Source: the human T2T-CHM13v2.0 reference genome, Homo sapiens
NCBI RefSeq assembly: GCF_009914755.1
Contig: NC_060926.1
DNA length: 64,000 bases
Strand: one strand, 5' to 3'
The translations under genes were made by a program, and so were the position numbers. Shown here piece by piece: positions 1-22,570 of the stretch. Each line of letters begins with the position of its first letter. The first letter of the stretch is position 1. Below the pieces are notes generated by a model that ran no database searches, was not told the DNA's origin, and saw nothing but the letters and a program-made list of their open reading frames with translations.

Positions 1-5
1 AAGAA

Positions 6-306
<301 letters not shown>

Positions 307-1175
307 TTATTGTCTCTACATTGTCTACATTGTCTTTGGTATCACAAATTCCAGGAACAGGAAGATAATGGGTTGAGCTAGTCAGGAACAAAATGCCTTT
401 AAACAGTCACCCCAGGGCATGAGTACAAGGCGTGTGACTGAAGTCCATATTCCTGTCTCTCTGGGCCTGATAAATTCTGCACACCTCACATAACTCAAAG
501 TGCTGTGAACACTTTTTCTTATTTCTTTGGTGAGAGGGAGTGGGTTTATGGCCAACAGGAAAGGGGAAGGCACACCCCTGTCCCGGGAAGAGCAGAGTCA
601 GGACCCAATACCCATTTTGGAGGACTTTGGAACAGTCACCTGATTCTTCCTTTTTATTTATTTATTTTTTGACACTGGTTCTCACTATGTTGACCAGGCT
701 GGACTCAAATTCCTGGCCTCAAGTGATCCCCAAGCCTCAGCCTTCCTTGTAGGCTGGGACTACAGGTGTGTGATTCTTCCCAGTTTGAGTCTTCCATCCC
801 TAAAGATCATCTTAGTGTGTATTCAGTTCTGGGGAAAGCCCTGGAGGAGACGTGCTGGCTTACCCCCAGCTCATCACCAGGATGCAGCATCCCACCATGT
901 CATCTCCCTGGAGGGTGGCCAAGCAGGCCCTTAACTTTCCCTCCTGAGAGGAGAGCAGAGAAGAGAGAGGGAGCTCCCCCAGTGGGATGGGACTCACGAG
1001 GTCCAGGAGTTGAGACTTTTCTGTGGCCTTTGGGGACCTCTGAACAGTGCAATCAGGTCTTCCCTTAGAAAGATGCTTTGGCAAAAGGAGGAGGGGCAGG
1101 GACGGAGTTCTGCCGACAGCTGGGAAAATCAGAGGAGGCCACTGGCCCCTTCTCCCCAGGAGGGTGAATCCTTCT

Positions 1176-1510
1176 GTATTAGCCCCAGGCACCCTAAAAA
1201 ATACCACTGACTGAGTGGCTTAAACAGCAGGGTTTTATTTTCTCACAGTTCTGGAGGCTAAAAGCCCCAGAGGCCTCTCTTCCTGGTTTGCACACAGCCA
1301 CCTTCTCACCATGTCCTCCCACGGGGAGGTAGCATCCAAGCGCTCTGGTCTCTTATAAGGACATGAATCCTGTTGGATCAGGGCCCACCCTTATGACCTC
1401 ACTTAACCTTCATCATCTCCTTATAGGCCCTGTCCCCAACTACAGTCACATTGGGGATTAGAGCTTCAGCGTCTAATATTGGCGGGGGGGGACACCATTC
1501 AGTCCATAGC
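1176..1510. mobile_element. MaLR LTR (MLT1-type)
   Basis: GGCTTAAACAGCAG...TTTTCTCACAGTTCTGGAGGCT and GGGCCCACCCTTATGACCTC motifs. Confidence 0.8.
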
Positions 1511-1585
1511 CCCCCTTCCTCAGGGCTCCAACCACATCATGCACAGAACTCAGCTGTAGCCCACATCACACGGTGCTCTTCAGTC

Positions 1586-1883
1586 CAGCCACGCATCCTT
1601 CAGCGGCTGGGATACGTTCTCGACAATGCATCATCAGGTAATTTCGTTGACGTGAGAACATCACAGAGTGTTCTTAGACCAACCAAGGTGGTGCAGCCTA
1701 CTGCACACCTAGGCCACATGGTATAGCATATAGCCCCTTGGCTACAGACCTGTACAGCAAGGATTTATGTATCTAAACACAGAAAAGCTACGGGAAAAAT
1801 ATGGTATTATAACTTTATGGGACCACTCTTATATATATGCTGTCTGTTGTTGACCGAAACATCATTATATGCTACGTGACTGC
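1586..1883. mobile_element. TcMar-Tigger (Tigger3-like) MITE
   Basis: GGGATACGTTCTCGACAATGCATC and GTTGACCGAAACATCATTAT motifs, ending GACTG. Confidence 0.7.
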
Positions 1884-2210
1884 AATATTTATTTTTCTGA
1901 TTATAAAAGTAACACATATTCCCAGTAGACAGTGTAGAAAATTAGCAACAAACTATTCTACTGTAAATGACAAAAGAAAAATTGAGCCTTGGACATGCCC
2001 ATTTTTACTGTAAGTTATGATTCCATAATTGACTTGCAGTAAACAGTGTTTCTGGCCCCTAAGTATTGCTGCCTTGTGTATTTTATTTAGTATACAGCAC
2101 TAAAAAAAACAGTCCTGTGAATTATTAAATCATTTCAATAAGTCAGCTAACAACGTTTACATATAGTTGCTACACAGAAAGGAACACAAATTATTTCCTC
2201 TTTTGCTCAT

Positions 2211-2335
2211 ATTCAAACAGGCTTGAGTGACAACTTGAGGACAAGGCGGCGCCTCGACAAGATTTCACACAGCAGCTACGGGGGCCAGAGAAGCAGCACC
2301 GCATGGTGTGGCAGGAGAAGGAGGACATGCACAAG
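2211..2335 (+). pseudogene. CDC42BPB-like exon remnant 1
   Basis: Reads [40 protein letters not shown] versus recalled [44 protein letters not shown]. Donor GT at 2336; the expected acceptor CAG reads CAT at 2208-2210. Confidence 0.85.
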
Positions 2336-4063
2336 GTAGGCAGTTTGGTTCTGGGTGAGAAAGGCTTAAGAGGCTTTGCAGAGTTTTGTAAGGTTCATTT
2401 CATACAGATGTTTACAGACCTCCTTGGGACTCCCACTCATGGACTGTCCCTGCTGCAAGCAGGACAACAGGGCCAAGCCTGGTTCCAGGGCCCCTGCTGT
2501 GCCCAGTTGCTACACAGCCCATGTCAGCTAGCTGGGCTTGGCTCCTTGCCATGGGTGCCTTTCAGCGTGCTGCCTGCAGCAGGCACCCACTTCACAGTCA
2601 TCATCTGCCATCTCCAGTTCAACCCCGCAGAGTAAGCAGCAACTCCCCCAGCCCCGCCCATTCTGAATGAGGAACGATGTCCAGAGGGCACTGTGTTATC
2701 TGCAGTGACACGCTGCGCCTGACACCAGTGACCTCGTCCTTCTCTCTACACCATGCCCCCTGCTCTTAGAAGGGGCATCTTAGTAAGGACAGGGAACTGC
2801 AAAAGAGGACATATGTTAAAATGTGGCTGATTCCCCCATAACTCCTTTATAAATTTGGTTTTTAGTAAGATATCTGAACTTTATATTCAAATGCCATTAA
2901 GTATAGTAATAACACAATTAGGTTCTTTTTTCTTTTCTTTTTTCTTTTTTTTTTTTTTTTTTGAGACAGAGTCTCTCTCTGTCACCAGGCTGCAGTCATG
3001 CGATCTCAGCTCACTGCATAGGCTCTGTTTTCTAAAATACATTCATTTATACACTGAAGTCCTTGGACCTGTAGTTTGTGATCTGTCCTCTAAAATGGGG
3101 CAGATTTTAAAACCAAATTGCTTCTTAAGATCATCTGTGGTATCATCCCCCTGCATGACTTGTCTGGGAGTGCAGTGTGGGCTGGGCGGCCTCTCATTGC
3201 TTGACACAGTCACAGTGACTCTGAGCTGGACCCAGAGAGGCCTGGGGAGGCCTTTCCTCCCCATGTGGGAGCCGCCCTGCCAGCTTGCTCCAGGTCTCGT
3301 CACTTCCAGTCTTAGTCCAGCAAGTGTGACAGTGACTAAACAGCCAGACTGTTGGCCAGATCAGCTGCAGGGAGGTCAGGGTCATCAGTGCAGCAAGTGG
3401 TAAGGTTGGGTTGTCAGTGCAGCTGAACTTGTGGTAAGTCCTACTTGTGGCCCTCCACCCAGGGAGTCTTTGATTTAAATCTCTTTCTTCTTAATTTTCT
3501 TTTCTTTCTTTTTTAGTTTTTTTAAGAGATGAGGTCTCACTATTTTGCCCAGGCGCTGGTCTTGAACTCCTGGGCTCAAGTGATCCTCCCACCTCAGCCT
3601 CCCAAAGTGCTGGGATGACAGGCTTGAGTGCCTGGCCTGATTTAAATCTTCAGCACTTTGCCTATGTATTTTTTTCTGCTTCTGCTTCTTCTTGTGTTTA
3701 AGTAACTAGATTGAGTGCCCAAATGCTTTATTCACCTTTGCAATTGTGTAGAAGACCTCGGGCAGAGGTTGGCATTACAGAGCCAGCTGTCCTGCTGTAA
3801 GTTACTCCATGCAGTTGCGAGGTCTTTCTTGGTGTGGGGTTGTTGCTCAGCACCTGAGCCCAGGTGGTCTTCCCATTGAATGTTTGGCTGGGGTGAGGTG
3901 AGCACAGGGCTTTTTCCAAGCAGGGGATTTCTCCCATCTGTGGCTTTAATCTGTAACCAGCATTGGCTGTCACTTGTAACTCTTTAATATAGTGTAAGAC
4001 TAAATGTCCAGCCTTCCAGACCTTTGTTAAGCAAACATAAAACATCTGTAATTTTTTTTTCAG

Positions 4064-4599
<536 letters not shown>

Positions 4600-4983
4600 G
4601 GGGGGGTGGGGAGGAAGCTATTTAGATATTTCAGCGATGGTATTGACTGGACTTTTGTATGACCTTAATAAAACATCTTTGAAAACTTGGGCTGCATTAT
4701 GTAAATTACTTTAAAATCATCTTAAGTTTTATGTGAACCCAAGTAAGTTGATCTGCCAAGCATTTATTTTGTGCTCATCCCTCAATATCTATTTGTGAAA
4801 TTATTAAAAGAGGTTCCTAGTCCTAAGTTTTTAAAATTCCCTTTTAAGTAAGTAGAGGGTATTTATGCTGAGCTGTGATATGGCCCGGCTTAATTGAATA
4901 AGAGCACCTGCAGTCCATAAAGGGCCAATGGCAGTAGAAAGGCAAATCATAGTCTAGGACGCTTCAAGCCACTTGCTTTAGAC

Positions 4984-5788
<805 letters not shown>

Positions 5789-5863
5789 CCCTAGGTATTC
5801 TGAATGTTCTGCTGTTGATGAGTGACATGTTTTAAGCAATGCTTACTTTAAAATTTGATTAAA

Positions 5864-6152
5864 GGCCAGGGGCAGTTGCTCACACCTCTAATCCTAGCTC
5901 TTTGGGAGGCCGAGGTGGGCCCATCGATTGAGCTGAGGAGTTCAAGACCAGTCTGGGCAACATAGTGAAACCCCATCTCTACCAAAAATACAAAAAGTTA
6001 GCTGGGTGTGGTGACATGCACATCTAGCATGAAGTACTCAGGAGGCTTAGTGGGAGGATCACTTGAGCCTGGGAGGTGGAGGTTGCAGTGAGCCGAGATT
6101 GTGCCACTGTACTCCAGCCTGGGCGACAGAGTGAGAATCTGTCTCAAAAAAA
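5864..6152 (+). mobile_element. Alu (J/S)
   Basis: Full dimer. Confidence 0.9.
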
Positions 6153-6444
6153 TTCTATTAAAATTTATTTAATGAATCCCACAAATGAGAAGGTCTGAAA
6201 GCACATGCTCAAGTTCAGGGCCCTTTGCTGTTTAGCCACAGGATATCTGTTTGTTTTCTTCTTAGTTTATTTTGCAACCTAAATATATTTGTAGTTGTAG
6301 CCAGTTACAACTCAAGTTAATGAAACCCCTAACTAAGGATTACCATTCCACATCGGATGCAGTGATACGTTGCCTGGGATTTGTTCTCAAGCGGTTTGTG
6401 CGTAGGCAGAGATGAAGCAAGCTCAGCTCAAGCTGCTCACTGTC

Positions 6445-6830
<386 letters not shown>

Positions 6831-7138
6831 TTAAAAAATGAATCAGTGTTCTACAGAAATCAGAAGTACTTGTTTTCACAAATCAGTACCCTTTCTTGAA
6901 ATCTTATCTCAAAATATCAACTTAAATTTGAATTTGAACTTGTTTTATTACTAACCAACCACTTCAGCTGAGCCCTGCGGTGTATTTCTGAAACTTTAAT
7001 TTGTGATAAGATTGATAAAGGGTGAAAAAATACAAAGGTCCTTTAAGGTCTTGCTCTCTTACAAGTCCTTTGGGGAAGATCTAACTGGTAAGGCCGTGCT
7101 TCCTTTGTGTTAATGACAAGTGCGTCTTCGTTTCGTAG

Positions 7139-7245
7139 CTGGAAGCTCAGCTCAAGGACACTGTTGCTGAGGCCTCAAAGGAGTGCAGACGTCGTGAGCA
7201 CGTCACGGACTTCAAGCAACAGAAAGTGAGCCTGAAGCCCTCGAG
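7139..7245 (+). pseudogene. CDC42BPB-like exon remnant 3
   Basis: TAG acceptor at 7136-7138 and GT at 7246. Reads LEAQLKDTVAEASKECRRREH, then a frameshift, then ESEPEALE, versus recalled [37 protein letters not shown]. Confidence 0.88.
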
Positions 7246-7440
7246 GTGGTGCTGGGTTAGAGTCTTTACTCTTACCCCAGACAGAAAGCTCATCCTTGCT
7301 GATCCCGGCACGTGGACATTGCCTTGTGTAATGTGCTGGTCCCGGCTGAGCGTTACCCAAGGCAGCTCCAGACAAAACAGGGATATGGAGAGGTGGGGAG
7401 GGACCCTGCCTTCGTGATTGTTTTCATTTTCATAGCCAAG

Positions 7441-7984
<544 letters not shown>

Positions 7985-8124
7985 CTGACCTCGGGTGATC
8001 CACCTGGCTCGGCCTCCCATAGTGCTGGGATTACAGGCGTGAGCCACCATGCCCAACCCTATATTTTAATTTTCAAATGAAGTAATATATTTGGTCTTTT
8101 AAATAGGATGTTTTTATTCAGTTA

Positions 8125-8468
<344 letters not shown>

Positions 8469-8951
8469 TCATTAGGTCTATCAGTTTTAGATTTAGATTT
8501 GAATTGAAATGTCACTTAAATTAGATACAATTTAAAAATCCATATCATGAACTTAGTTTGGAAAAATCTCATGACAATTAAACTTTCTAAATCTTCAAAA
8601 GAACTTCCAGTGTTAATAATGCTAGCATACCACAGGATGCCGCGTGAGCAAGTTATGTAGTGAAATTGTCTCATCTCAGCTTTGTTACTTGTGGATAAAC
8701 TCACATGCCAGAGGGTGTGGTCAGGGCTGTGAATTACAGGTGAGGCCAAGTGACCTCCCACTGCTGGTGGTCACTGTGACTTGTCAGACTCCACCTGCCC
8801 ATGCAGTCACCACTTTAGCCAAGGATGCCAAGGGCAGTGGTGCTTGGGTAGGCGGCCAGCTGGGAGTGGAGTGGGGGTCTGTGTAGAGACAGGAGGGGTG
8901 ATGGGATCCAGGAATAAGAACCACGGGAACCTCTGGGCCAGACACAGTGCA

Positions 8952-9250
8952 TTTTTTTTTCTTTTTCTTTTTTTTTGAGACAGAGACTCACTCTGTTGCC
9001 CAGGCTGGAGTGCAGAGGCGCTGTCTTGGCTCACTCTACCTCCCAGGTTCAAGTGATTTTCCTTCCTCAGCTTCGCGAGTAGCTAGGACCACAGGCACGT
9101 GCCACCATGCTTGGCTAATTTTTTGTATTTTTAAGAGAGACGGGGTTTCACCGTGTTAGCCAGTATGGTCTCGATCTCCTGACCTCGTGATCCCCCTGCC
9201 TCAGCCTCCGAAAGTGCTGGGATTACAGGCGTGAGCCACCGCGCCCGGCC
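8952..9250 (-). mobile_element. Alu (Sc/Y-like)
   Basis: Dimer flanked by AGTGCA-T-run repeats. Confidence 0.95.
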
Positions 9251-9343
9251 AAGAGTGCACTTTTTAAGTAAAGAACTTGTAAGTAGAGTCTGAATCCTGT
9301 GGAATATGTCTTCATCCCACTATTCATTTCTTTGTTATTACAG

Positions 9344-9433
9344 ACCAGCTGAGCTAGTGAGCAAGAAACACAAGCACTGAAGCTGGAAGCGTCCCCATCA
9401 ATTTCTGTGGCTGCCAGCACAGAACCGCAGGAA
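9344..9433 (+). pseudogene. CDC42BPB-like exon remnant 4 (pre-C1 linker)
   Basis: CAG acceptor at 9341-9343 and GTAAC donor at 9434. Reads [29 protein letters not shown] versus recalled [29 protein letters not shown]. Confidence 0.85.
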
Positions 9434-9639
9434 GTAACACAGCATTGTCCTACTGATGCTCTCACCTGGGGTCTGCCCTCATGTCCAAGTGACACAGCTG
9501 CCCTTGGTGACCAGAAGCCACTCACCTGGTCCCTGCATGCCAGCTTGCAGTGAGGACATCTGTCCAGGCACGAGAGCCCACCTTCCATTTTGAGAATTAC
9601 TGTCAGTACCTCAGTTAGATAAGCTAGGCTTCTGCAATC

Positions 9640-10140
9640 ATACTGAAGTGTAACATCCATACAACAAATTGCACAAATCACAGCATGTAACCTGGTGAAT
9701 TTTTACAAAGTGAATATGCCCCAAAAACCAACACCCAGTTCTAGAAATAGAACATTAGCAGCCCCTCAGAAGCCCCTCAGAAGGCTGCTTTCTCCTTTCC
9801 TGACACTAGCATTCCTTGACTTTATTCTGCTTTCTAGCACTGTAGGTTAATTTTACTTGTTTTTAAACTTTATGTAAGTGGGGTTGTAAATTATATGTTC
9901 TGTGCCTGTCTTCTTTTGCTGCAACATTAGGAGTCATCCACATTATTGTATCAGGCAACACTTTGTTCATTCCCATAACCTATGGTATTTAACTAGATAA
10001 ATATGCTACACTTTACTTATCCATTGTACTTCTGGTGAATATTTGTGGCATTTCAAAATTTGGGATATTACAAATAATAAAGGAATAAGCATTTTTACAT
10101 GTCTTTCGGTGGACATATGCAGGCTTTTCACACACTTTTT
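9640..10140 (-). mobile_element. Old L1M 3' fragment
   Basis: Degenerate L1M 3'-end-like sequence. Confidence 0.55.
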
Positions 10141-10757
10141 AAAAACTGTTTAATAAACACCCTGTTTTGCAAGAAGTTCACATGCCAATTCATGTAGAGT
10201 TGCTTGAGTCTGTAACAACTGAATAGAGGTTAATTGTATGATGTCTTGTAATATGTTTCCTTGTTGGTCATTTAGTCATGTGGCAGAAACCACTAGTTGT
10301 TTGCTAAAATTCATTCTCTGTTTCCTCTATGGTAATGGACCCTCCACATTTTAAGCTAGGCAGATGGCTGCCCAGAATAAAGACTACCAATAAAGGTGCA
10401 ATCATGTTCCTAAGTTCTTAGTAACAGGATGTAGTAGAAATATGGCATGGCAGATTCCAAGATCTTTCCTAAAGGGACACACTTTGCTTTCCTATCTCCC
10501 TTCCTCATTGCTGTGTATAAACATATACTGCCATCTTCCACCTTGGGGTTGCGGCTCATACAGTGGCCACAAGACAGAAGGAACCTGGGCCCTGATAAAA
10601 TCAAGTGTTATATTTACCTTAGACTGCCTATGCAGGTTTTGACAAGAGCTACAATGGTTTTTCTACCACTCATAACTGAAATAAATTATAATATATAAGA
10701 TAGTTTCCAATTTTTGATATTGTACACTATATAGCAGTGAACATTGTGCAATATATC

Positions 10758-14007
<3,250 letters not shown>

Positions 14008-14092
14008 TATCTTTTATCTTTATATATGTCTGTTTTATAGAAAAAAAAATTCTACAGGTGGAATTGCTAGGTCAAAAACTAAGAACACTTTT

Positions 14093-14400
<308 letters not shown>

Positions 14401-15415
14401 TTATAGATACAACCCAATGTTTGTTCCTCCAAAATTACATTAACACTGACATAAGTGACATTTCTGTCTTAAAGACACTGGGTGTCAAATTGTTAAACCT
14501 CTTATATGTAAAAGAGAAACCAACAAAACAAAACAAAAGAACCAATGATCAAACCCTAATTATCTGTTTCACATCTTTGTTGTGGGAAGAAAGTTGAGCA
14601 GCTTTTCATTTGAAGAGCCTACTCTTCTTTCTTTTTTTGTGACTTGTCTGTTGAAATGCTTTGCCATGGAATAGTAATTCCATTGCAGAAGCTTTTTATA
14701 ATGATTTTAATCAATATTTATAATATAGCTTTTCCCTCAATTTTGTTTCGATTAGCTTTACATTTTTTGATACATAGTAGAGCAAATCTTTTCACATTCT
14801 TATCGAATATAAGGTATTCGTATACATTTTTCTTCCAAAAGAAATCTGAAGTCAAGCACTGACGTTCGAAGAAAAAAAAACAATAATTTGATTAAAATTG
14901 TATTAAACATATTTAATTTGGAGGAGGCTGAGATAATCAAGATATAAATAATGCTGGATATTCTCATCTAGTCAGATGATGTCTCTCCATTAACTAACTC
15001 TTGTAGTCCAAGTAACATTCTGTAGATTTATCTGCATAGGGAATGCTCACTTTTTCTAAGTGCATATCAAGATATTTTAGAGTTTTCAATGTGAATAGAA
15101 ACTTTTTGCTTGTACAAATTCAATTTGATTCAGTTTGATTCATGAGAATTCTTTTGAGTTTCATTTTATCTTTTATCTGTCCTCTTAACTCATTGTTTTT
15201 ATTAATTTTTAATTTCATTTTCTGAAAATTATATCAGTGGCTGTGTAATTGATGTTTCATTCTAATATGTATATTTCATTTTTCCTGTCATATTGCACTG
15301 GGAATAAAACCTGAACAGTACTGAATACTCTCAGTGAAAGTAGTCATGCTTTTTCTCTTACCAACAGAAATTCCTTTAGTAATTCATCAAGATGTTTAAT
15401 GTAGAATTCTTTAAA

Positions 15416-16150
15416 AAATCAAAACCACAATGAGATACCATGTCATGTCAGTTAGAATGGTGATCATTAAAGAGTCAGAAAACAACAGATGTTGGAGAGG
15501 ATGTGGAGAAGTAGGAACACTTTTACACTGTTGGTGAAGCTGTAAATTAGTTCAACCATTGTAGAACACAGTGTGGTGATTCCTCAAGGATCTAGATCAA
15601 GAAATACCATTTGACCCAGCAATCCCATTACTGGGATTATAAGGATTTACATTTCCAAAGGATTATAAATCATTTTACTATAAAGACACATGCACATGTT
15701 TGTTCATTGCAGCACTATTCACAGTAGCAAAGACTTGGAACCAACCCAAATGCTCATCAATGATAGACTGGATAAAGAAAATGTGGCACATATACACCAT
15801 GGAATACTACACAGCCATTAAAAAGGATGAGTTCATGTCCTTTACAAGGACATGGATGAAGCTGGAAACCATCATTCTCAGCAAACTAACACAGGAACAG
15901 AAAACCAAATATTGCATGTTCTCACTCATAAGTGGGAGGTTAACAATGAGAACACATGGACACAGGGAGGGGAACATCACACACTGGGGCCTGTTGGGGG
16001 TGGGGGGCTAGGGGAGGGATAGCATTAGGAGAAATACCTAATGTAGATGATGGGTTGATGGATGCAGCAAACCACCATGGCACATGTATACCTATGTAAC
16101 AAACCTGCACATTCTGCACATTTACCCCAGAACTTAAAGTATAATTTTTA
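15416..16150 (+). mobile_element. 5'-truncated L1PA (ORF2 end and 3' UTR)
   Basis: ORF2 C-terminal peptide (MFIAALFTVAKTWNQPKC...), G-rich 3' UTR, and flanking AAAAAATCAAA repeat. Confidence 0.95.
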
Positions 16151-16632
16151 AAAAATCAAATTAAGGTATTATAAAGCTTTTAGATGTTTGTCTCACTTCA
16201 ATACTATTTTTCTTTAGTTTACCATGTAACCATCCAAAACTAAATCATCCCCCACCTCAGTTAGGCATCTTAGCATAAGTCCAGTTACTCAGAAGTCTCA
16301 GCTTTGCTTCCTCTTCCCCTACAACCCACTTTTAGAATGTAAGCAAGTCCTCTCCTGGTTTTCTTTTCTCCATTCCTACATCTTAGTTAAAGCTTTTACA
16401 TCTTCACCATGCAGACCACAAAGACCACTAAAAATGAGACAGATAATAGACACAGGCTCCCATTTCTGGGTTCTGGGACCAAAGTTTAAATCAGAAGCAC
16501 AGCATAATGCTATTAATTGGTAGTGTGTTTGGGCCTTATTGAAAGAGCCTACCTCAAGTGTTGAGACAGAAATTGAAAATAATCATACAGGAAAATACTG
16601 TAGAACTCAGTAGTCCAGAAAGCTCTATTACA

Positions 16633-16965
<333 letters not shown>

Positions 16966-17349
16966 GAAAGCTCTATTACAGAAAGCAATGTGAATTGGAA
17001 TTGCTTTATGGTCATAAAGGAAATATTTTGGCCACTCTGAGGGATGTTCCAGGCAATAGTTTCAGTCTTACTCTAGCTATATAACCCTCTCAGGTCAGCA
17101 AAAAGGGTCAAAAAAACCAGCCAGTGTTCAGAATGAACATGCATTTGAGATTTGTGAGAAGGAGAACTCACATCTAAAGTCTAGAAGAACAGGTCCTAGG
17201 TGTTCTGGCCGTAATTCATTGGTTACTGATACCATATGATTGCAATGACATTCTATGTTGTAAGGGCAATGCTTGCTGCCAAGACACAAAACCTTGTACA
17301 AAGCTTTCTGGTTTTGGCCCCTCGTTTAACAAAGATATAATTCTGGTTA

Positions 17350-17442
17350 TTTTCTTTCTTTTTTTTTTTTTTTTTTTTTTTCTTTTTATTCCTCCCAGAG
17401 CCTTGCCATTTCTTCCCCACCCCCCTCCGCCCCCGTCCCCCG

Positions 17443-17476
<34 letters not shown>

Positions 17477-17752
17477 GGAGTGTCGCTCTGTCACCAGGCT
17501 GGAGTGCAGTGGTGCGATCTCGGCTCAGGGCAACCTCTGACTCCCTAGTTCAAGCGATTCTCCTGCCTCAGCCTCCCGAGTAGCTGGGATTACAGGCACA
17601 CGCCACCATGCCCAGCTAATTTTTGTATTTTTAGTAGAGACGGGGTTTCACCATGTTGGCCAGGATGGTCTCAATCTCCCGACCTCGGGATCTGTCCGCC
17701 TCGGCCTCGCAAAGTGCTGGGATTACAGGCGTGAGCCACTGTGCTCGGCAGC
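17350..17752 (-). mobile_element. AluSc-like with extended compound T tail
   Basis: Dimer preceded by two T-runs separated by a C-rich spacer. Confidence 0.9.
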
Positions 17753-17802
17753 CATTTCTTCCTTTAATCTCCAGCTGTTTCACCCCAAGATGGTCAAGAC
17801 AA

Positions 17803-18116
<314 letters not shown>

Positions 18117-18673
18117 AAGATTGCAAGAAGACAGGAAGTAACACTTTGTCCTCTAATTTATCTCATAGGTGAAACTTTCTTTCTTTTTTCTAAGAAGTAC
18201 CACTAGAATATAATCCTAAAATTTAATGGTTGAGAGACTTAACTATAGAATTTGCTTTCTGTTGATGTTATAGGGGCTTCCTTCTAACTCAGATGAATTT
18301 ACTCTGAAAATGGCAAATGGTTCCCCCACTTACCCGAGGATGGAAGAACAAGTTATAAGTTGCATTCACTTGCTGAAGATACCTTAAGTATTTAGAATTG
18401 CGATAATGTGCTGAACTCAAATAGTTGAAACAAGTAACTTCTGGGGCAGCAGGTACTTATGTCAGCAATTGGCTTATTCCTTGACGCCAATGTTTTGGCT
18501 TTGTTTGGTGAATTGGTGGTTGACTTGATCCTTACTTGCTATTCAGACTGCCTCTGATCTTTCTGAGAGCCAGAACAATCTGGATGGTTCATTTGACATT
18601 GGTCAGAAAGGTCCTTAATCTTTAAATACACCAGTTCAAGCACAGAGTCATAAGATGAGATGAGGAGATGAAA

Positions 18674-18965
18674 GGTGGCTCACTTTGGGAGGCTGAAGTG
18701 GGTGGACAGCTTGAGCCCAGGAGTTCGAGACCAGCCTGGGCAACATGGGGAAACCTCATCTCTATGAAAAACTACAAAAAATTAGCCAGACTTTGTGGTG
18801 CATGCCTGTATTCCCAGCTACCCAGGAGGCTGAGGTGGGAGGAACTGAGCCTGGAAGGCCGAGGCATCAGTGAGCTGTGGTTGCATCACTGCTCTACAGC
18901 CTGGGCAACAGAGTGAGACCCTGTCTCAAAAAAAAAAAAAAAAGACCAACAAAACAAAAAAAATT
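18674..18965 (+). mobile_element. AluJ
   Basis: TTGAGCCCAGGAGTTCGAGACC motif. Confidence 0.9.
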
Positions 18966-19407
18966 CAAATAGGCCCCTCCAAGGAGCAACCATTTGTCTA
19001 CAAGGAGTAAGGAGACTTCTACATCTTGGCAGTACTTGAAGACGGTGGGAAATTATCACGTCACATTCTGTTACAGTTTGGGGGCTACTCCAAAAGAAAT
19101 TTCTTAATGCAACACTTTCACAAGAAAAGATAATGTGCTACTAGTGCTACCATTGTATGAGTGAGAGAAGGGGAGTGATTAATGTGTTACAGCCTCTTCT
19201 CACTAGTATCTAAGAACATGAAATTCATGCAGCACACCCTTCCCTCTCCCAGCCACTTGGAATCAGTCCTTCACCATGTCCTTATTCACTTCACAAATTA
19301 TCCATATGCATTGTGGTTACAACAGAAAGTGTAGATAAGAAAAGATACTTTACTGATGTCATAACTCATATAATTTCAAGTGTCTTACAGGGTCAAGTGT
19401 TCTTGTT

Positions 19408-19890
19408 CCAGTTATAATTGCTGCATAACAAACCACCCCAATCTCAGTGCCATACAATTGTATTAAAATAACAACATTTGTATTCCCAGATTTTATGGGT
19501 CAGGAGTTTAGTCTGGACACAGGGCAGACTGCTTATATGTCTGCTATGCCACATCTGGGGCATTTGCTTGGAAGACTCAAAGTTTAGGTGTGACAGCAGT
19601 TGGGAACAGGAATCACCTGTGTGTATCTTCATTCACATGCCTGGTAGTTGATGCTGATTATTGGCTGGGACCTCAGATGGACTACAGGCCAAACTGCCTC
19701 TGCACAGCCTCTGCACACGGGTTATTCTGTCCTCCTCACAGCATGTATAGCAGATGGGTTCTAAGAACAAATGTCCTAAGTAGGCAAGGCAGAAGTGCAA
19801 GGTGTTCTTACTATCGATCTTGGAGGGCACCATGGCATTACTTCCATTATACTCTATTGGTCAAAATAGTTACAAAATTCTGCCCAGCAT
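19408..19890. mobile_element. MaLR LTR (MLT1-type)
   Basis: ATTGCTGCATAACAAACCACCCCAA motif. Confidence 0.7.
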
Positions 19891-20754
19891 GACACCACAG
19901 GTTTTTCTTTGGGGGCTCAGTATAAAAAGGCAGAACAGCCTCTGCCTGTTTATCTCTTATTCTTTTGCAGGAGTTTTGTGTTACATACAAATAAATATTT
20001 AGAGATATTGTCGTATTTCCCAGCTACCGAAGTCAACTGTGAAGAAGAGGCATTTACATCCCTCTATAGCAGTACCAAGAAGAGAGGTATCCTTGACTAA
20101 ATAAGCAAGGCAAGATTACTCTTTCCAGACTCTGATTTCGGAGTTAGCAGATAGAACATCAGGCAGAAGTTCCTCTGTTGGTGTCACCTACAAAGCAACA
20201 AGCTTGAGAACTCTGTGTTCCAACTTGGGAGCTAGTCAGTCTCCCAGAGTGGGGGTATTTGGAGAGCAGGCTTGTGAAGAAGGCCAAGGAAACAGAAAGG
20301 ACAGCTCTTAGGATACACTTTACTGAAGATATATCACTCAGACAAGATGCCCAGAAAGTTCAGGATTAACAAAGGTCTAGAGTCTTGTAACTCACTTCCT
20401 ATGGAAGTTTATTGTGAACAACAACAGTAACAAAGCAGCCTCAATTCTCTAATCCTGCAGAGGGCTAAAGAACACCTATTACTCCCTGGAGCTTAATAGA
20501 GATGAAATCTTAGGATATAACTGCAGTATACATGCTTAGGATGACCAGGAAGATGGTTATAATTGTTATACCCTAGTTTAGGTGAAAACTACATGTAAGA
20601 TATTGTGAGGTCCTTGAGTGGTTAGATGACTAAGGTATTAGTCATCCTGGAAGAAAATCTGGATCGATTAAATGTCAGATGAATTAGATGCACTAAAAAT
20701 AAAAAGAGAAGCCAGAAAGTTGTCCTAGTAATAATCAGTCCATCCTTGCTTAGC

Positions 20755-22570
<1,816 letters not shown>
